64,000 nucleotides of DNA from Acidimicrobiales bacterium (lineage in GTDB: Bacteria; Actinomycetota; Acidimicrobiia; Acidimicrobiales; Ilumatobacteraceae). Positions within the stretch are counted from its first letter, which is position 1. Every line of letters begins with the position of its first letter. Shown here in pieces: positions 1 through 9,343 of this stretch. The position numbers and the translations under genes were made by a program. Location of the stretch: contig JBJTVH010000040.1 in assembly GCA_046081125.1 (NCBI GenBank), positions 109-64,108 of the forward strand, written 5' to 3'. The notes under the pieces are model-generated. The model was not told the origin of the DNA and made no database searches. It saw nothing but the letters and a program-made list of their open reading frames with translations.

Positions 1-159
1 GCTAATCTTGAAGAAGCGGCCACTGAACTGGTCCGCCGGGCCAATGAAAAAGGCGGCAAGGACAACATCTCCGTTGTGCTGGTGCGACCGCAGGAGGCCG
101 CCGATGGGAAGGCCGGTTTCCTGAAAAAATTCAATGGCTTTATGAAAAAGGGCAGCTGA
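1..159 (+). CDS. PP2C-family Ser/Thr phosphatase, C-terminal fragment (5' end outside window)
   Basis: Frame +1 is open from the window edge to TGA 157-159. It reads ...ELVRRANEKGGKDNISVVLVRPQEA...; GGxDN(I/V)(S/T)VV is the C-terminal signature of PPM/PP2C phosphatases. Many A/T-ending codons (AAT, GAA, AAA, TTT, CTT), unlike the rest of the window. Confidence 0.6.
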   Translation, partial: ANLEEAATELVRRANEKGGKDNISVVLVRPQEAADGKAGFLKKFNGFMKKGS

Positions 160-172
160 ATAGGACAGAACG

Positions 173-457
173 ATGGCGAAGTTGGTTCTGAGCATGAACG
201 GCGCTGTGCAGGGGGAGTTCCAGCTGGGCAAGGAACGGATATCCATCGGCCGCAAGCCCGACAACGATATCCAGATCGACAACCTTGCCGTCAGCGGCAA
301 GCATGCCCTCATCATCACCATCCTCGATGATTCCTTCCTCGAGGACCTCGGCTCCACCAACGGCACCTTCGTCAACGGTGAGCGGGTGGCCGCGCCCACC
401 CGGGTCAACCGGGGTGACAGCCTGCAGGTCGGCACGACCGTGCTGGAGGTGCAGTAG
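173..457 (+). CDS. small FHA-domain protein
   Basis: ATG 173, 94 aa. Canonical FHA motifs: ISIGRKPDNDIQIDNLAVSGKHALI ... LEDLGSTNGTFVNG. Confidence 0.85.
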   Translation: MAKLVLSMNGAVQGEFQLGKERISIGRKPDNDIQIDNLAVSGKHALIITILDDSFLEDLGSTNGTFVNGERVAAPTRVNRGDSLQVGTTVLEVQ

Positions 458-1711
458 GTGGCCACGACCGTCCCCACCGTGCGCTGGGGCGCCACGACCG
501 ACGTGGGTCGGACCCGCCGCGTCAACGAAGACAGCGTGCTGGCCACGGGCGTCGTCTTCGCCGTGGCCGACGGCATGGGCGGGCACGCTGCGGGCGAAGT
601 GGCCTCGTCGTTGGCCGTCGACACCGTCCGCACGAGCCTGGCCGCAAGCCCCCCACCGCTCGAAGCTGCCGTCGCCGCAGTTGCGTCGGCGAATCGGGCC
701 GTCTTCGGCCGAGCCCTCGATGAACCCCACCTGCGGGGCATGGGCACGACCCTGTGCGGCCTCGTGCTGGCCGACGACGGCCGCGTCGTGATCGTCAACG
801 TCGGCGATTCACGGGCCTACGTGCTTCGAGGCGGCGCTCTCGTCCAGATCAGCCGCGACCACAGCTACGTCGAGGAACTCGTCGCCGCAGGCGCACTCAC
901 CCGGGCCGAGGCCCGCACCCACCCGCACCGCAACATCGTGACCCGCGCGCTCGGGATCGAGCCCGAGGTGCACGTCGACGCGTGGCAGGTCGAACCGCTC
1001 GTCGGCGACCGCTTCCTGCTGTGTTCCGACGGCCTCTATGGCGAGGTCGACGACGACGTGATCGCCCAGGTGCTCGCTGGCCTCGACGATCAACAGGCCG
1101 TTGCCGACAAGCTGGTCGTCCTGGCCAACGACGCCGGCGGGCGGGACAACATCTCAGTGGTCATCGTCGACGTGGTCGATGCCCGGACCGCGGCGACCCT
1201 GCGCGACGCCGCGCCGACCGAGCCGGCTGCGCCCGTCCCGGCCGACACCGTGGCCCGGGCGAGCGCGCCACCTCGGCCCAAGAGGCGCCGGCGAGCGCCG
1301 AGGCCGTCGTCGGTGCTGTTCGCCTTCGCCGTCGTGGCCGTGCTCGCCGGCGCAGTCGCCGCCGTGCAGTACTTCGGTCGCCAGGGCTACTACGTCACCT
1401 TCGGCGACACCGGCCGCATCGAGGCCTACCAGGGCCGCTCGGGCGGCCTGCTGTGGGTCCAGCCCTCCCGGGTCCGCATCTTCGAGCTCTCGCGCAGCGA
1501 TCTCGTCCCGGCGTGGCAGGACCGCATCGACGGCGAGATCACCTTCACCGATCGTGCCGCCGTCGATGCGTGGTACGAGGCGTTGTCCCGCAACCCTGCG
1601 GCCCAAGCGGCGACGACGACCACGACGACGGCTACGACGACCACGACGACCACGACCGCCGTGGCCCCTGCGCCCACCGAGGCGACGACCACCACGGTGG
1701 CCGGTCCGTGA
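458..1711 (+). CDS. pstP: PP2C Ser/Thr phosphatase (PstP-like), membrane-anchored with extracytoplasmic tail
   Basis: GTG 458 abuts the FHA stop. PP2C motifs RRVNEDS, VADGMGGHAAGEVAS, GGRDNISVVIVDV. One TM segment (VLFAFAVVAVLAGAVAAV). The C-terminal tail ends in a poly-Thr run. Confidence 0.9.
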   Translation: MATTVPTVRWGATTDVGRTRRVNEDSVLATGVVFAVADGMGGHAAGEVASSLAVDTVRTSLAASPPPLEAAVAAVASANRAVFGRALDEPHLRGMGTTLCGLVLADDGRVVIVNVGDSRAYVLRGGALVQISRDHSYVEELVAAGALTRAEARTHPHRNIVTRALGIEPEVHVDAWQVEPLVGDRFLLCSDGLYGEVDDDVIAQVLAGLDDQQAVADKLVVLANDAGGRDNISVVIVDVVDARTAATLRDAAPTEPAAPVPADTVARASAPPRPKRRRRAPRPSSVLFAFAVVAVLAGAVAAVQYFGRQGYYVTFGDTGRIEAYQGRSGGLLWVQPSRVRIFELSRSDLVPAWQDRIDGEITFTDRAAVDAWYEALSRNPAAQAATTTTTTATTTTTTTTAVAPAPTEATTTTVAGP

Positions 1712-1721
1712 CCACCGGGAC

Positions 1722-3020
1722 ATGAGCAGCTCGTCGGCCACCGGGCGGCGCTCGACCGAGCTCGGCCTGGTGGTGATGGCGGCGCTCGTGACGAGCGGCG
1801 CCTACGTGCTCGTCGCCCTCGGCCGGACCGCCGACGTCCCCCCGAACCTGGTGCCGTTCCTGCTCGGCGTGCTGGGGCTCCTCGTCGTCGCCCACCTTGC
1901 GACCCGCCGCCTGGCCCGCGCCGCCGACCCGGTCCTGCTGCCGATCGCGCTGCTGCTCAACGGGATCGGCTACGTCTTCATCGCGCGGGTCCGGCCCGAC
2001 CTCGCCGGCCTGCAGGCCACCTGGACCGCGGTCGGCATCACGGCCTACGTGGCCACCCTGCTGCTCATCCGCCGCGTCGGTGATCTCGCCCGCTACACGT
2101 GGACCGCTGCGGCGGCCGGCCTCGGGCTGCTGTGCCTGCCGTTCCTGCCGATCATCGGCACGAACATCAACGGCAGCCGTATCTGGATCCGCCTCGGCCC
2201 GATGAGCTTCCAGCCCGGTGAGGTGGCCAAGGTGCTGCTCGCCGTGTCGTTCGCGGCCTACCTCACCGATCGACGCGAACTGCTGGCCACCGGCACGTGG
2301 CGGGTCGGGCCCCTGTGGCTGCCCGAGCCCCGGCACCTTGGGCCGATCCTCGCCGCCTGGGTCGTGTCGATCACCGTGATGATCGGCCAGCGCGACCTCG
2401 GGTCCTCACTGCTGTTCTTCGCGCTGTTCGCCGTGCTGCTGTGGGTCGCCACCGAGCGCACCGCCTACCTCGCGCTCGCCGGGATCCTGTTCGTCGTCGG
2501 AGCGGCCGCTGCGGCGTCGGTGTTCGACCACGTGCAGCGCCGCATCGACATCTGGCTCGACCCGTGGGCGACCCGTCAGGGCAGCGGTTACCAGATCGTG
2601 CAGGCCGTGTATGCGCTCGCCGACGGGGGGCTGTCCGGGGCGGGCCTCGGCCTCGGCGACCCTCGGCGGATCCCCGAGGTGCACAACGATTTCATCTTCG
2701 CCGCCATCGGCGAGGAGCTCGGGTTGTTCGGTGCGAGCGCCCTGCTCATCGGGTATCTCCTGCTCATCGGCGCCGGGCTACGCATCGCCGTGCGCGCCGA
2801 ACGAACCTTCGACAAGCTGCTCGCGACCGGGCTCACGACCGTGGTGGGCGTGCAGGCGTTCATCATCATCGGGGGCGTCACCCGCGTCGTGCCGCTCACC
2901 GGCGTCACCCTGCCGTTCGTGAGCTACGGCGGCTCGTCACTGCTGGCCAACTACGTCATCCTCGGTCTGCTGATGCGCCTGTCGGACACGACGGCCCGCC
3001 GCCTCGGGGAAGCGGGATGA
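1722..3020 (+). CDS. rodA: SEDS-family peptidoglycan polymerase (FtsW/RodA)
   Basis: ATG 1722 within ORF 1101..3020. Multi-pass membrane protein with SEDS motifs GSGYQIVQAVYALADGGLSGAGLG, HNDFIFAAIGEELG, LPFVSYGGSS. Synteny pstP-rodA-pbpA-pknB. Confidence 0.9.
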   Translation: MSSSSATGRRSTELGLVVMAALVTSGAYVLVALGRTADVPPNLVPFLLGVLGLLVVAHLATRRLARAADPVLLPIALLLNGIGYVFIARVRPDLAGLQATWTAVGITAYVATLLLIRRVGDLARYTWTAAAAGLGLLCLPFLPIIGTNINGSRIWIRLGPMSFQPGEVAKVLLAVSFAAYLTDRRELLATGTWRVGPLWLPEPRHLGPILAAWVVSITVMIGQRDLGSSLLFFALFAVLLWVATERTAYLALAGILFVVGAAAAASVFDHVQRRIDIWLDPWATRQGSGYQIVQAVYALADGGLSGAGLGLGDPRRIPEVHNDFIFAAIGEELGLFGASALLIGYLLLIGAGLRIAVRAERTFDKLLATGLTTVVGVQAFIIIGGVTRVVPLTGVTLPFVSYGGSSLLANYVILGLLMRLSDTTARRLGEAG

Positions 3021-4486
3021 ACCGCACGCTGCGTCGCCTCGCACTCGGGCTGATGGCGTGCTTCGTCGCACTGTTCGTCCAGCTGAACGTCGTGCAGGTC
3101 GTCAACGCCGACCGCTACCGCAACGAGCCCGACAACACCCGCCAGGCCGTGCGGGACTTCTACCGCAGTCGCGGGGCGATCTATGCCGCCGACGGCCGCA
3201 CGGTGCTGGCGCGCAGCGACGCGGTCGACGACCGCTTCGGCTTCCAACGGGTGTATCCCTTCGGCGACCTCTTCGCCCATACCGTCGGCTCGTTCTCGTT
3301 CGTCTACGGCTCCTCGGGGCTCGAGCGGATCCGCAACGACGTGCTCACCGGCCGCACGGCCCAGCAGGAACTGCTCGGGCTCGGCGACCTGTTCAGCGAC
3401 ACGCGGCCCGTCGGCGACGTCATCACGACCCTGCGTCCCGAACTCCAGACCGTCGCACGCGACGCCCTCGGCGAACGCGAAGGGTCCATCGTCGTGCTCG
3501 ATCCACGCACCGGCGCCGTTCTCGCGCTGTGGAGTTGGCCGTCGTTCGACCCCGGACCGCTTGCCTCCCACGATCTCGCCATCGCCGACGCCGCCCGCAA
3601 GGCCTTGCTCGCCGACCCGCGCAAACCGTTGCTGGCCAACGCCTATCAGGAGCGGTACATGCCGGGTTCGACGTTCAAGGTGGTCACCGCGGCCGCCGGG
3701 CTCGACCGCGGTGCCGTGACCGTCGACAGCACCTACCCGGTCGAGCGCAGCTTCGTGCCACCGCTGACCACCACGCCGATCCAGAACTACCGGGGCACCC
3801 TGTGCGGCGGGGACTTCTTCACGGTGTTCCGACTCTCCTGCAACACCTCCTTCGCCCGCATGGGTCTCGACGTCGGCGCCCCCGGCATGGTCGCCACGGC
3901 CGACGCCATCGGGTACAACAGCGCCGCGCCCATCGACCTACCCGATCCGGCCCGCTCGTTCTTCGGCGACGAGAAACGGTTCGAGCGCAACGATCCGGTG
4001 CTCGCGCAATCGTCGTTCGGCGCCAACGAGGTGCAGGCGACCCCGCTCGAGATGGCACTGGTGGCCTCGGCCGTGGCCAACAAGGGGATCGTCATGCGGC
4101 CCTACGTCGTGGCCGAGACCCGCACGCCGGCGGGCACCCTGCTCGAACGCACCTCCCCGCAGCCGTGGCGCACGGCGATGCAACCGGCGACGGCCGCCAT
4201 CCTCACCGAGGCGATGGTCGGCGTGGTCACCAACGGCACGGCGGCGTGCTGCCTGCAACTCGAGGGCGGCATCCAGGCTGCCGCCAAGACGGGCACGGCG
4301 GCGCTCAACCCACCCGGCGAACCCGAACGCTCGCACGCCTGGATCATCGCGTTCGCTCCGGCCGAGGCCCCGACCGTGGCCGTCGCCGTGATGGTCAAGG
4401 AGTCACCGGAGGTGAGCGCCTCGGTCGGCGGACGAGTCGCCGGGCCGATCGCAAAGGCCGTGCTCGACCGAGCCCTGCAGCCATGA
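3017..4486 (+). CDS. pbpA: class B penicillin-binding protein (transpeptidase)
   Basis: ATG 3017 overlaps the rodA stop (ATGA). N-terminal TM segment. Transpeptidase motifs PGSTFK (SxxK), SCN (SxN), KTGTA (KTG). Confidence 0.9.
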   Translation: MNRTLRRLALGLMACFVALFVQLNVVQVVNADRYRNEPDNTRQAVRDFYRSRGAIYAADGRTVLARSDAVDDRFGFQRVYPFGDLFAHTVGSFSFVYGSSGLERIRNDVLTGRTAQQELLGLGDLFSDTRPVGDVITTLRPELQTVARDALGEREGSIVVLDPRTGAVLALWSWPSFDPGPLASHDLAIADAARKALLADPRKPLLANAYQERYMPGSTFKVVTAAAGLDRGAVTVDSTYPVERSFVPPLTTTPIQNYRGTLCGGDFFTVFRLSCNTSFARMGLDVGAPGMVATADAIGYNSAAPIDLPDPARSFFGDEKRFERNDPVLAQSSFGANEVQATPLEMALVASAVANKGIVMRPYVVAETRTPAGTLLERTSPQPWRTAMQPATAAILTEAMVGVVTNGTAACCLQLEGGIQAAAKTGTAALNPPGEPERSHAWIIAFAPAEAPTVAVAVMVKESPEVSASVGGRVAGPIAKAVLDRALQP

Positions 4487-4538
4487 CCACGCAGCGACCT
4501 CCAACGACTGCAGAGGGTCGATAACCTCCGCAACAGCC

Positions 4539-6689
4539 ATGGCCGACCGCCCCGTGTTCAACGACCGCTACGAGGTCCACAGCCGCATCGGCCGAGGCGG
4601 GATGGCCGACGTGTTTCTGGCCCGGGACCGCCTGCTCGACCGGCCGGTCGCAGTCAAGGTGCTCTTCCCGGAATACGCGACCGATCCGAGTTTCGTGGAG
4701 CGGTTCCGCCGCGAGGCGCAGTCCGCAGCGAACCTCAACCATCCCAACGTGGTCGGCGTCTACGACTGGGGCCGCCAGGGCGGCACGTACTTCATCGTGA
4801 TGGAGTACGTGAACGGTCGCACCCTCGCCGATCTGCTGCGCGCCGACGGCCCACTGGGCGCCCAACGGGCCGCCGAGGTCGCGGCCGACGTGGCCAACGC
4901 ACTCGGTTTCGCCCACCGATCGGGTGTGGTTCACCGCGACGTGAAACCCGCCAACATCCTGATCGCCACGTCCGGCGCGGTGAAGGTGGCGGACTTCGGC
5001 ATCGCACGAGCCCTGAACTCCGCCACGGAGCAGGACCTCACTCAGGTCGGCGCAGTGATGGGCACGGCCACCTACTTCTCGCCCGAACAGGCCCAGGGCG
5101 CCACGCCGGATCCCCGGTCGGACCTGTACTCGCTCGGCATCGTGATGTACGAGATGCTCGCCGGCCGGCCGCCCTTCACCGGCGACAACCCCGTGGCCAT
5201 TGCGTACCGCCAGGTCCACGACCAACCGCGGCCACTGTCGCAGGTGCAGCCCAACGTGCCCCGCCCGTACGAGGCGATCACCACCAAGCTGCTCTCGAAG
5301 AACCCCGCCGACCGTTACCCCTCGGCCGACGACCTGCGCGCCGACCTGCAGCGCTTCCGGGACGGCCAACCGGTGCTGGCCGCAGGCGCCGGACCCGTCT
5401 CCGGCGGCCCAGGTGTGGCAGCAGGTGCAGCCGCCGCCGCGACGGCGCCGACTCCGGTCACCCGGCCGGCCGATGCGCCGACCGTTGCAACACCGGCTGC
5501 GGTCGCCCCCACGCAGGCAGTCCGTCCGGTCGCCACCCCGGCCCAACGAGAGCAGTACGCGCAGGTGGCCCGGCCCGCCGACGGCGGTCAGTTCTCCGGC
5601 GGTCGTGTCCCCCCCTCGAGGCCACCGGTCGACGACGATCGCGGCCGGGGCGGCGCCGGCTGGTGGGTGACGGGCGGCCTGGTCGCCGTCGTGCTCATCG
5701 GCATCGGCGCGTTCCTGCTCCTGCGAGCGCTCAACGACACCGAGACGACCCCGGCCGACTTCATCACCGTGCCCGACGTTCGTCTGAAGACCCGGGACGA
5801 AGCCCGCGACCTCGTCGTGCGCGCCGGCCTCCAGTACAAGGAGGAGGCGCAAGCGACCGACAGCGTCCAGCCGGGTCTGGTGTGGGATCAGCGCCCTGCC
5901 CGCGGGAACCAGGTGCTGCGCAACGACACGGTCACGGTCGTCTACAACCCGTCCAAGCAGACGGTCGCACTGCCCTCGCTGGTGGGCACGACCAAGGACC
6001 AGGCGGTGCAGATCCTCGCCAGCCTCGGCTTGAAGGCGCAGTTCAAGGACGCCGAGAGCCCGGACCGTCCGGCGGGCACCGTGCTCGCCCAGGATCCGGC
6101 GCCCGGCGACGTCCCGGCCGGCGCGACAGTCACGATCACGGTCTCCGTGGGCAAGGGCAAGGTGACGGTCCCGAACGTGCTCAACCTCGATCAGGCGGTC
6201 GCCAGCAATCAGCTCGGGGCAGCGGGGCTCGTCGCCAAGGTGGCCCCGGAGGCCTCACCGACCGTCCCGACGGGTGCGGTCATCCGGACCGAGCCACCGG
6301 TGGGAACCGAGGTCGACAAGGGCTCGGCGGTCACCCTCGTGGTGTCGAGCGGGCCCGCCCCCGTCGAGGTGCCCAAGCTCGTGGGCCTCACCGAGTCGGC
6401 GGCCCGAGACAAGCTGCAGGAGTTGGGCCTCAAGGCGTCGGTCACCACGACGGACGTGCCGAACGGCTCCGAACAGGCCGGCAAGGTGATCCTCCAGGGC
6501 ACGCCCGAGACCACCAAGGTGCCGCCGGGGTCGACGATCACGCTCACGGTCGGCAAGGCGCTCCCGCCGACGACCACGACCACGACCACGATCGCCACGA
6601 CCACCACGACCACCACCACGACGGCGCCGACGACGACCACCACGGGCGGCACCACGACGACGACGCAGGCGAAACCGCCGACGCCCTGA
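4539..6689 (+). CDS. pknB: Ser/Thr protein kinase with four extracellular PASTA domains
   Basis: Hanks kinase motifs GRGGMADVF...VAVKVL, HRDVKPANILI, DFGIAR, GTATYFSPEQA. One TM segment (WWVTGGLVAVVLIGIGAFLLL). Four PASTA repeats. Poly-Thr C-terminal tail. Confidence 0.95.
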   Translation: MADRPVFNDRYEVHSRIGRGGMADVFLARDRLLDRPVAVKVLFPEYATDPSFVERFRREAQSAANLNHPNVVGVYDWGRQGGTYFIVMEYVNGRTLADLLRADGPLGAQRAAEVAADVANALGFAHRSGVVHRDVKPANILIATSGAVKVADFGIARALNSATEQDLTQVGAVMGTATYFSPEQAQGATPDPRSDLYSLGIVMYEMLAGRPPFTGDNPVAIAYRQVHDQPRPLSQVQPNVPRPYEAITTKLLSKNPADRYPSADDLRADLQRFRDGQPVLAAGAGPVSGGPGVAAGAAAAATAPTPVTRPADAPTVATPAAVAPTQAVRPVATPAQREQYAQVARPADGGQFSGGRVPPSRPPVDDDRGRGGAGWWVTGGLVAVVLIGIGAFLLLRALNDTETTPADFITVPDVRLKTRDEARDLVVRAGLQYKEEAQATDSVQPGLVWDQRPARGNQVLRNDTVTVVYNPSKQTVALPSLVGTTKDQAVQILASLGLKAQFKDAESPDRPAGTVLAQDPAPGDVPAGATVTITVSVGKGKVTVPNVLNLDQAVASNQLGAAGLVAKVAPEASPTVPTGAVIRTEPPVGTEVDKGSAVTLVVSSGPAPVEVPKLVGLTESAARDKLQELGLKASVTTTDVPNGSEQAGKVILQGTPETTKVPPGSTITLTVGKALPPTTTTTTTIATTTTTTTTTAPTTTTTGGTTTTTQAKPPTP

Positions 6690-6708
6690 CGCCCTCACCG
6701 GCGTGGGC

Positions 6709-7284
6709 TCAGGCCGGTGCAGCCAACGCCAGGAAGTTGCGCAGCAGTTGATGCCCGCCCACGGTCAGGATCGACTCCGGGTGGAACTGCACGCCCTCGA
6801 TCGGCAGCTCCCGGTGGCGCAGGCCCATGACGAGGCCGTCGTCGGTCTCGGCGGTGATCTCGACGCAGTCGGGCACGCTCGCCCGATCGACGACGAGCGA
6901 GTGGTAGCGGGTGGCCTCGAGCGGATCGGGCAGCCCGCGGAACACCCCGACGCCCCGGTGACGAACCAGGGAGGTCTTCCCGTGCATCAGCGCCGGCGCC
7001 CGCACGACCCGACCCCCGAAGGCCTGCCCGATCGCCTGGTGCCCCAGGCAGACCCCGAGGATCGGGATCCCGGCCGCGGCCGGAATGAGCGCCGGCACGA
7101 TGCCGGCATCCTCCGGTCGACCCGGCCCGGGTGAGAGCAGGATCGCGTCGGGCGCAAGGGCGAGCGCCTCCTCGACGCCGAGCGCATCGTGGCGGTGCAC
7201 GATCGGCTCCACCCCGAGCTCCCCGAGGTATTGCACGAGGTTGAAGACGAACGAGTCGTAGCAGTCGACCACGAGTACGCGCAC
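6709..7284 (-). CDS. trpG: glutamine amidotransferase component II (anthranilate / aminodeoxychorismate synthase)
   Basis: Class-I GATase motifs [24 protein letters not shown] (catalytic Cys), GVQFHPES. I prefer GTG 7284 ([12 protein letters not shown]...), the typical N-terminus. The ORF-track ATG at 7443 adds 53 non-homologous-looking residues. Confidence 0.85.
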   Translation of the reverse strand: MRVLVVDCYDSFVFNLVQYLGELGVEPIVHRHDALGVEEALALAPDAILLSPGPGRPEDAGIVPALIPAAAGIPILGVCLGHQAIGQAFGGRVVRAPALMHGKTSLVRHRGVGVFRGLPDPLEATRYHSLVVDRASVPDCVEITAETDDGLVMGLRHRELPIEGVQFHPESILTVGGHQLLRNFLALAAPA

Positions 7285-7345
7285 GGCCTCAGCGTCGCAG
7301 GGCCGGTCGAGCCTGTCGAGCCACCCCTCCCCTACACTCCTCGGC

Positions 7346-7681
7346 GTGGCACCTCCGAAGCGCAAAGGCGGCGGTCGAGTGACGCCGAAGGGCACCCAGC
7401 CGGGGGCGTTGCCCACGGCTGCCCGACCCACGCTCGGCACCACCGAACACGCCCGCCACGCTGCCGCAGCGTCCGCCCGCTACACCCCGCCGACGCACAA
7501 GCTCAAGGGTCCGAGCCCCCGTTGGGTGCCCATCCTGATGTTCACCCTGCTGATCGTGGGTGCGCTCGTGCTGGTGCTGAACTACCTGACGCTGCTCCCC
7601 GGTGCCACGAGCAACTGGTACCTCCCGGTGGGCCTCGGGCTGATCCTCGGCGGGATCATCACCGCCACGCAGTACCGCTGA
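7346..7681 (+). CDS. crgA: cell division membrane protein CrgA
   Basis: 111 aa. Basic N-terminus, two TM segments and CrgA-like motifs [10 protein letters not shown]...[22 protein letters not shown]...ATQYR. Conserved position next to trpG/pknB. Confidence 0.85.
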   Translation: MAPPKRKGGGRVTPKGTQPGALPTAARPTLGTTEHARHAAAASARYTPPTHKLKGPSPRWVPILMFTLLIVGALVLVLNYLTLLPGATSNWYLPVGLGLILGGIITATQYR

Positions 7682-7753
7682 CCCCGCGCGGGGGGTTGTC
7701 CCCATCGGTATCCACAGGGAGTGGACAACACGCGCGTCCGTTCTCCCGATGCG

Positions 7754-8011
7754 TCAATCCATGATCCGGAAGACGTCCATCTCTTCCATGCAGTGCCGGG
7801 GCGGCACCGGCTCCTCATCGGTGGCGAGCGTCATCCGCAGCTCCGTGCCGCACAGCGAACATCGGTAGCGAACGTTCACCCGGCGTAGTTCCCCCGCGGG
7901 CGGCGGCGGCGGAATCGGGGTGCCCAGGCTCCGCAGGAGTCCGATCCCGATCTTCCAGATGACGAGGAAGGCACCGGCCGCCACCAGCAGGACCACGATC
8001 GTGCCGAACAC
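7754..8011 (-). CDS. hypothetical small membrane protein with CxxC...HC motif
   Basis: 85 aa with an N-terminal TM segment (IVVLLVAAGAFLVIW), a PPPPP linker, then CSLCG...PPRHC. Coding-like composition; no family recognised. Confidence 0.45.
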   Translation of the reverse strand: MFGTIVVLLVAAGAFLVIWKIGIGLLRSLGTPIPPPPPAGELRRVNVRYRCSLCGTELRMTLATDEEPVPPRHCMEEMDVFRIMD

Positions 8012-8080
8012 GACCTCAGGATACGGGGACCGGTCGGTGACGCTCGATCGGCGCCGGCGCCCGGTCCCCGGCCGGATGGC

Positions 8081-9238
8081 TCAGCAGCGCTCGATGATCG
8101 TGGCGTTGGCCATGCCGCCGCCCTCGCACATCGTCTGGAGCCCGAAGCGACCACCGGTCCGCTCCAACTCGTTCAGCAGGGTGGTCATCAGCCGGGCCCC
8201 GGAGCACCCGAGCGGGTGGCCGAGCGCGATCGCTCCGCCGTTCACGTTGACCCGGCTCATGTCGGGGTGGTGTTCCTTCTCCCATGCGAGCACGACCGAG
8301 GCGAACGCCTCGTTGATCTCGACGAGGTCGATCTGGTCGATGGTCATGCCGGCCTTCGCCAGCACCTTCGTCGTGGCCGGGATCGGCGCCGTCAGCATCA
8401 GCCGGGGATCGTCGGCTGCGAGCGCGAACGACACGAACCGGGCCCGCGGCTTCAGGCCGAGCTCGGCTGCCTTTTCCTCGCTCATGATGAGCAGGGCGGA
8501 CGCGCCGTCGGTGATCTGCGAGGAGTTGCCGGCCGTAACCCCGCCGTCCTCCCGGAAGGACGGCTTCAGGCTCTGGAGCTTCTCGATCGTCGACTCCCGG
8601 ATGCCCTCATCCGCGGTGACCATCGCCCCGTCCGCGCCGAGGACCGGGATGATCTCGTTCTGGAACCGTCCCTCGGCGGTGGCCCGAGCGGCGAACTGCT
8701 GGCTGCGAAGCCCGAACGCGTCCATCTCGGCGCGCGTGATGCCCCACTTCTCGGCGATCAACTCGGCCGAGATGCCCTGCGGGACCAACCCCCCGACCGC
8801 GGCATAGCGAGCCCCGATGCTCGGGCCGAACGGCAACCCGAACTTGCCGTCCGCCATCGACGCGCCCATCGGCACCCGGGACATCACCTCGACGCCAGCG
8901 GCGATCACCACGTCGTAGGCACCGGCGATCACGCCCTGGGCGGCGAAGTGCGCGGCCTGCTGGGAGGAACCGCACTGCCGATCGACCGTCGTACCGGGGA
9001 TGGACTCCGGCCAGCCCGCCGCCAGCACGGCATTGCGCGCCACGTTCACACCCTGCTCGCCGACCTACATCACGCACCCCATGACGACGTCGTCGATCAC
9101 CGCCGGGTCGATGCCCGTGCGGGCGACCAGCGCCTTCAGGGTCTCGGCCGCGAGGTCGACCGGATGCCAGTCCTTGAGCTTCCCGTTGCGCTTCCCCATC
9201 GGGGTGCGAACGGCGTCGACGATGACGGCGGTGGTCAC
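8081..9238 (-). pseudogene. acetyl-CoA acyltransferase (thiolase) interrupted by an in-frame TAG
   Basis: GTG 9238 is preceded by AAGGAG. The N-terminal part ...[18 protein letters not shown]...DDVVMGCVM stops at TAG (9067..9065). The same frame continues VGEQGVNVARNAVLAAGW...VDRQCGSSQQA...NVNGGAIALGHPLGCSGARL...CEGGGMANATIIE. The uninterrupted length would be 385 aa, typical for thiolases. Confidence 0.75.
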
Positions 9239-9343
9239 GAGGAACTCCTTTCGCCGACCGTCGATGGCCGGCGGCGAACGCGCGGGCCAAAAGTCTCGCG
9301 ACCGACCGGCGCACTGTCCAGGTGTCGAACACCATGGAAGGGT

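Noticed and set aside
6709-7443. Full 244-aa ORF-track version of the trpG-like gene.
   Set aside because: The first 53 residues ([16 protein letters not shown]...) show no GATase similarity and would overlap the crgA upstream region. GTG 7284 gives the canonical MRVLVVD-type N-terminus.
7695-7729. Inverted pair of DnaA-box-like sequences (GTTGTCCCCA ... AGTGGACAAC) downstream of crgA, next to the palindrome CCCCGCGCGGGG.
   Set aside because: They form a hairpin in the spacer between two convergent genes. The simpler reading is a bidirectional terminator-like structure. An isolated pair far from dnaA is weak evidence for an origin or a DnaA-regulated site.
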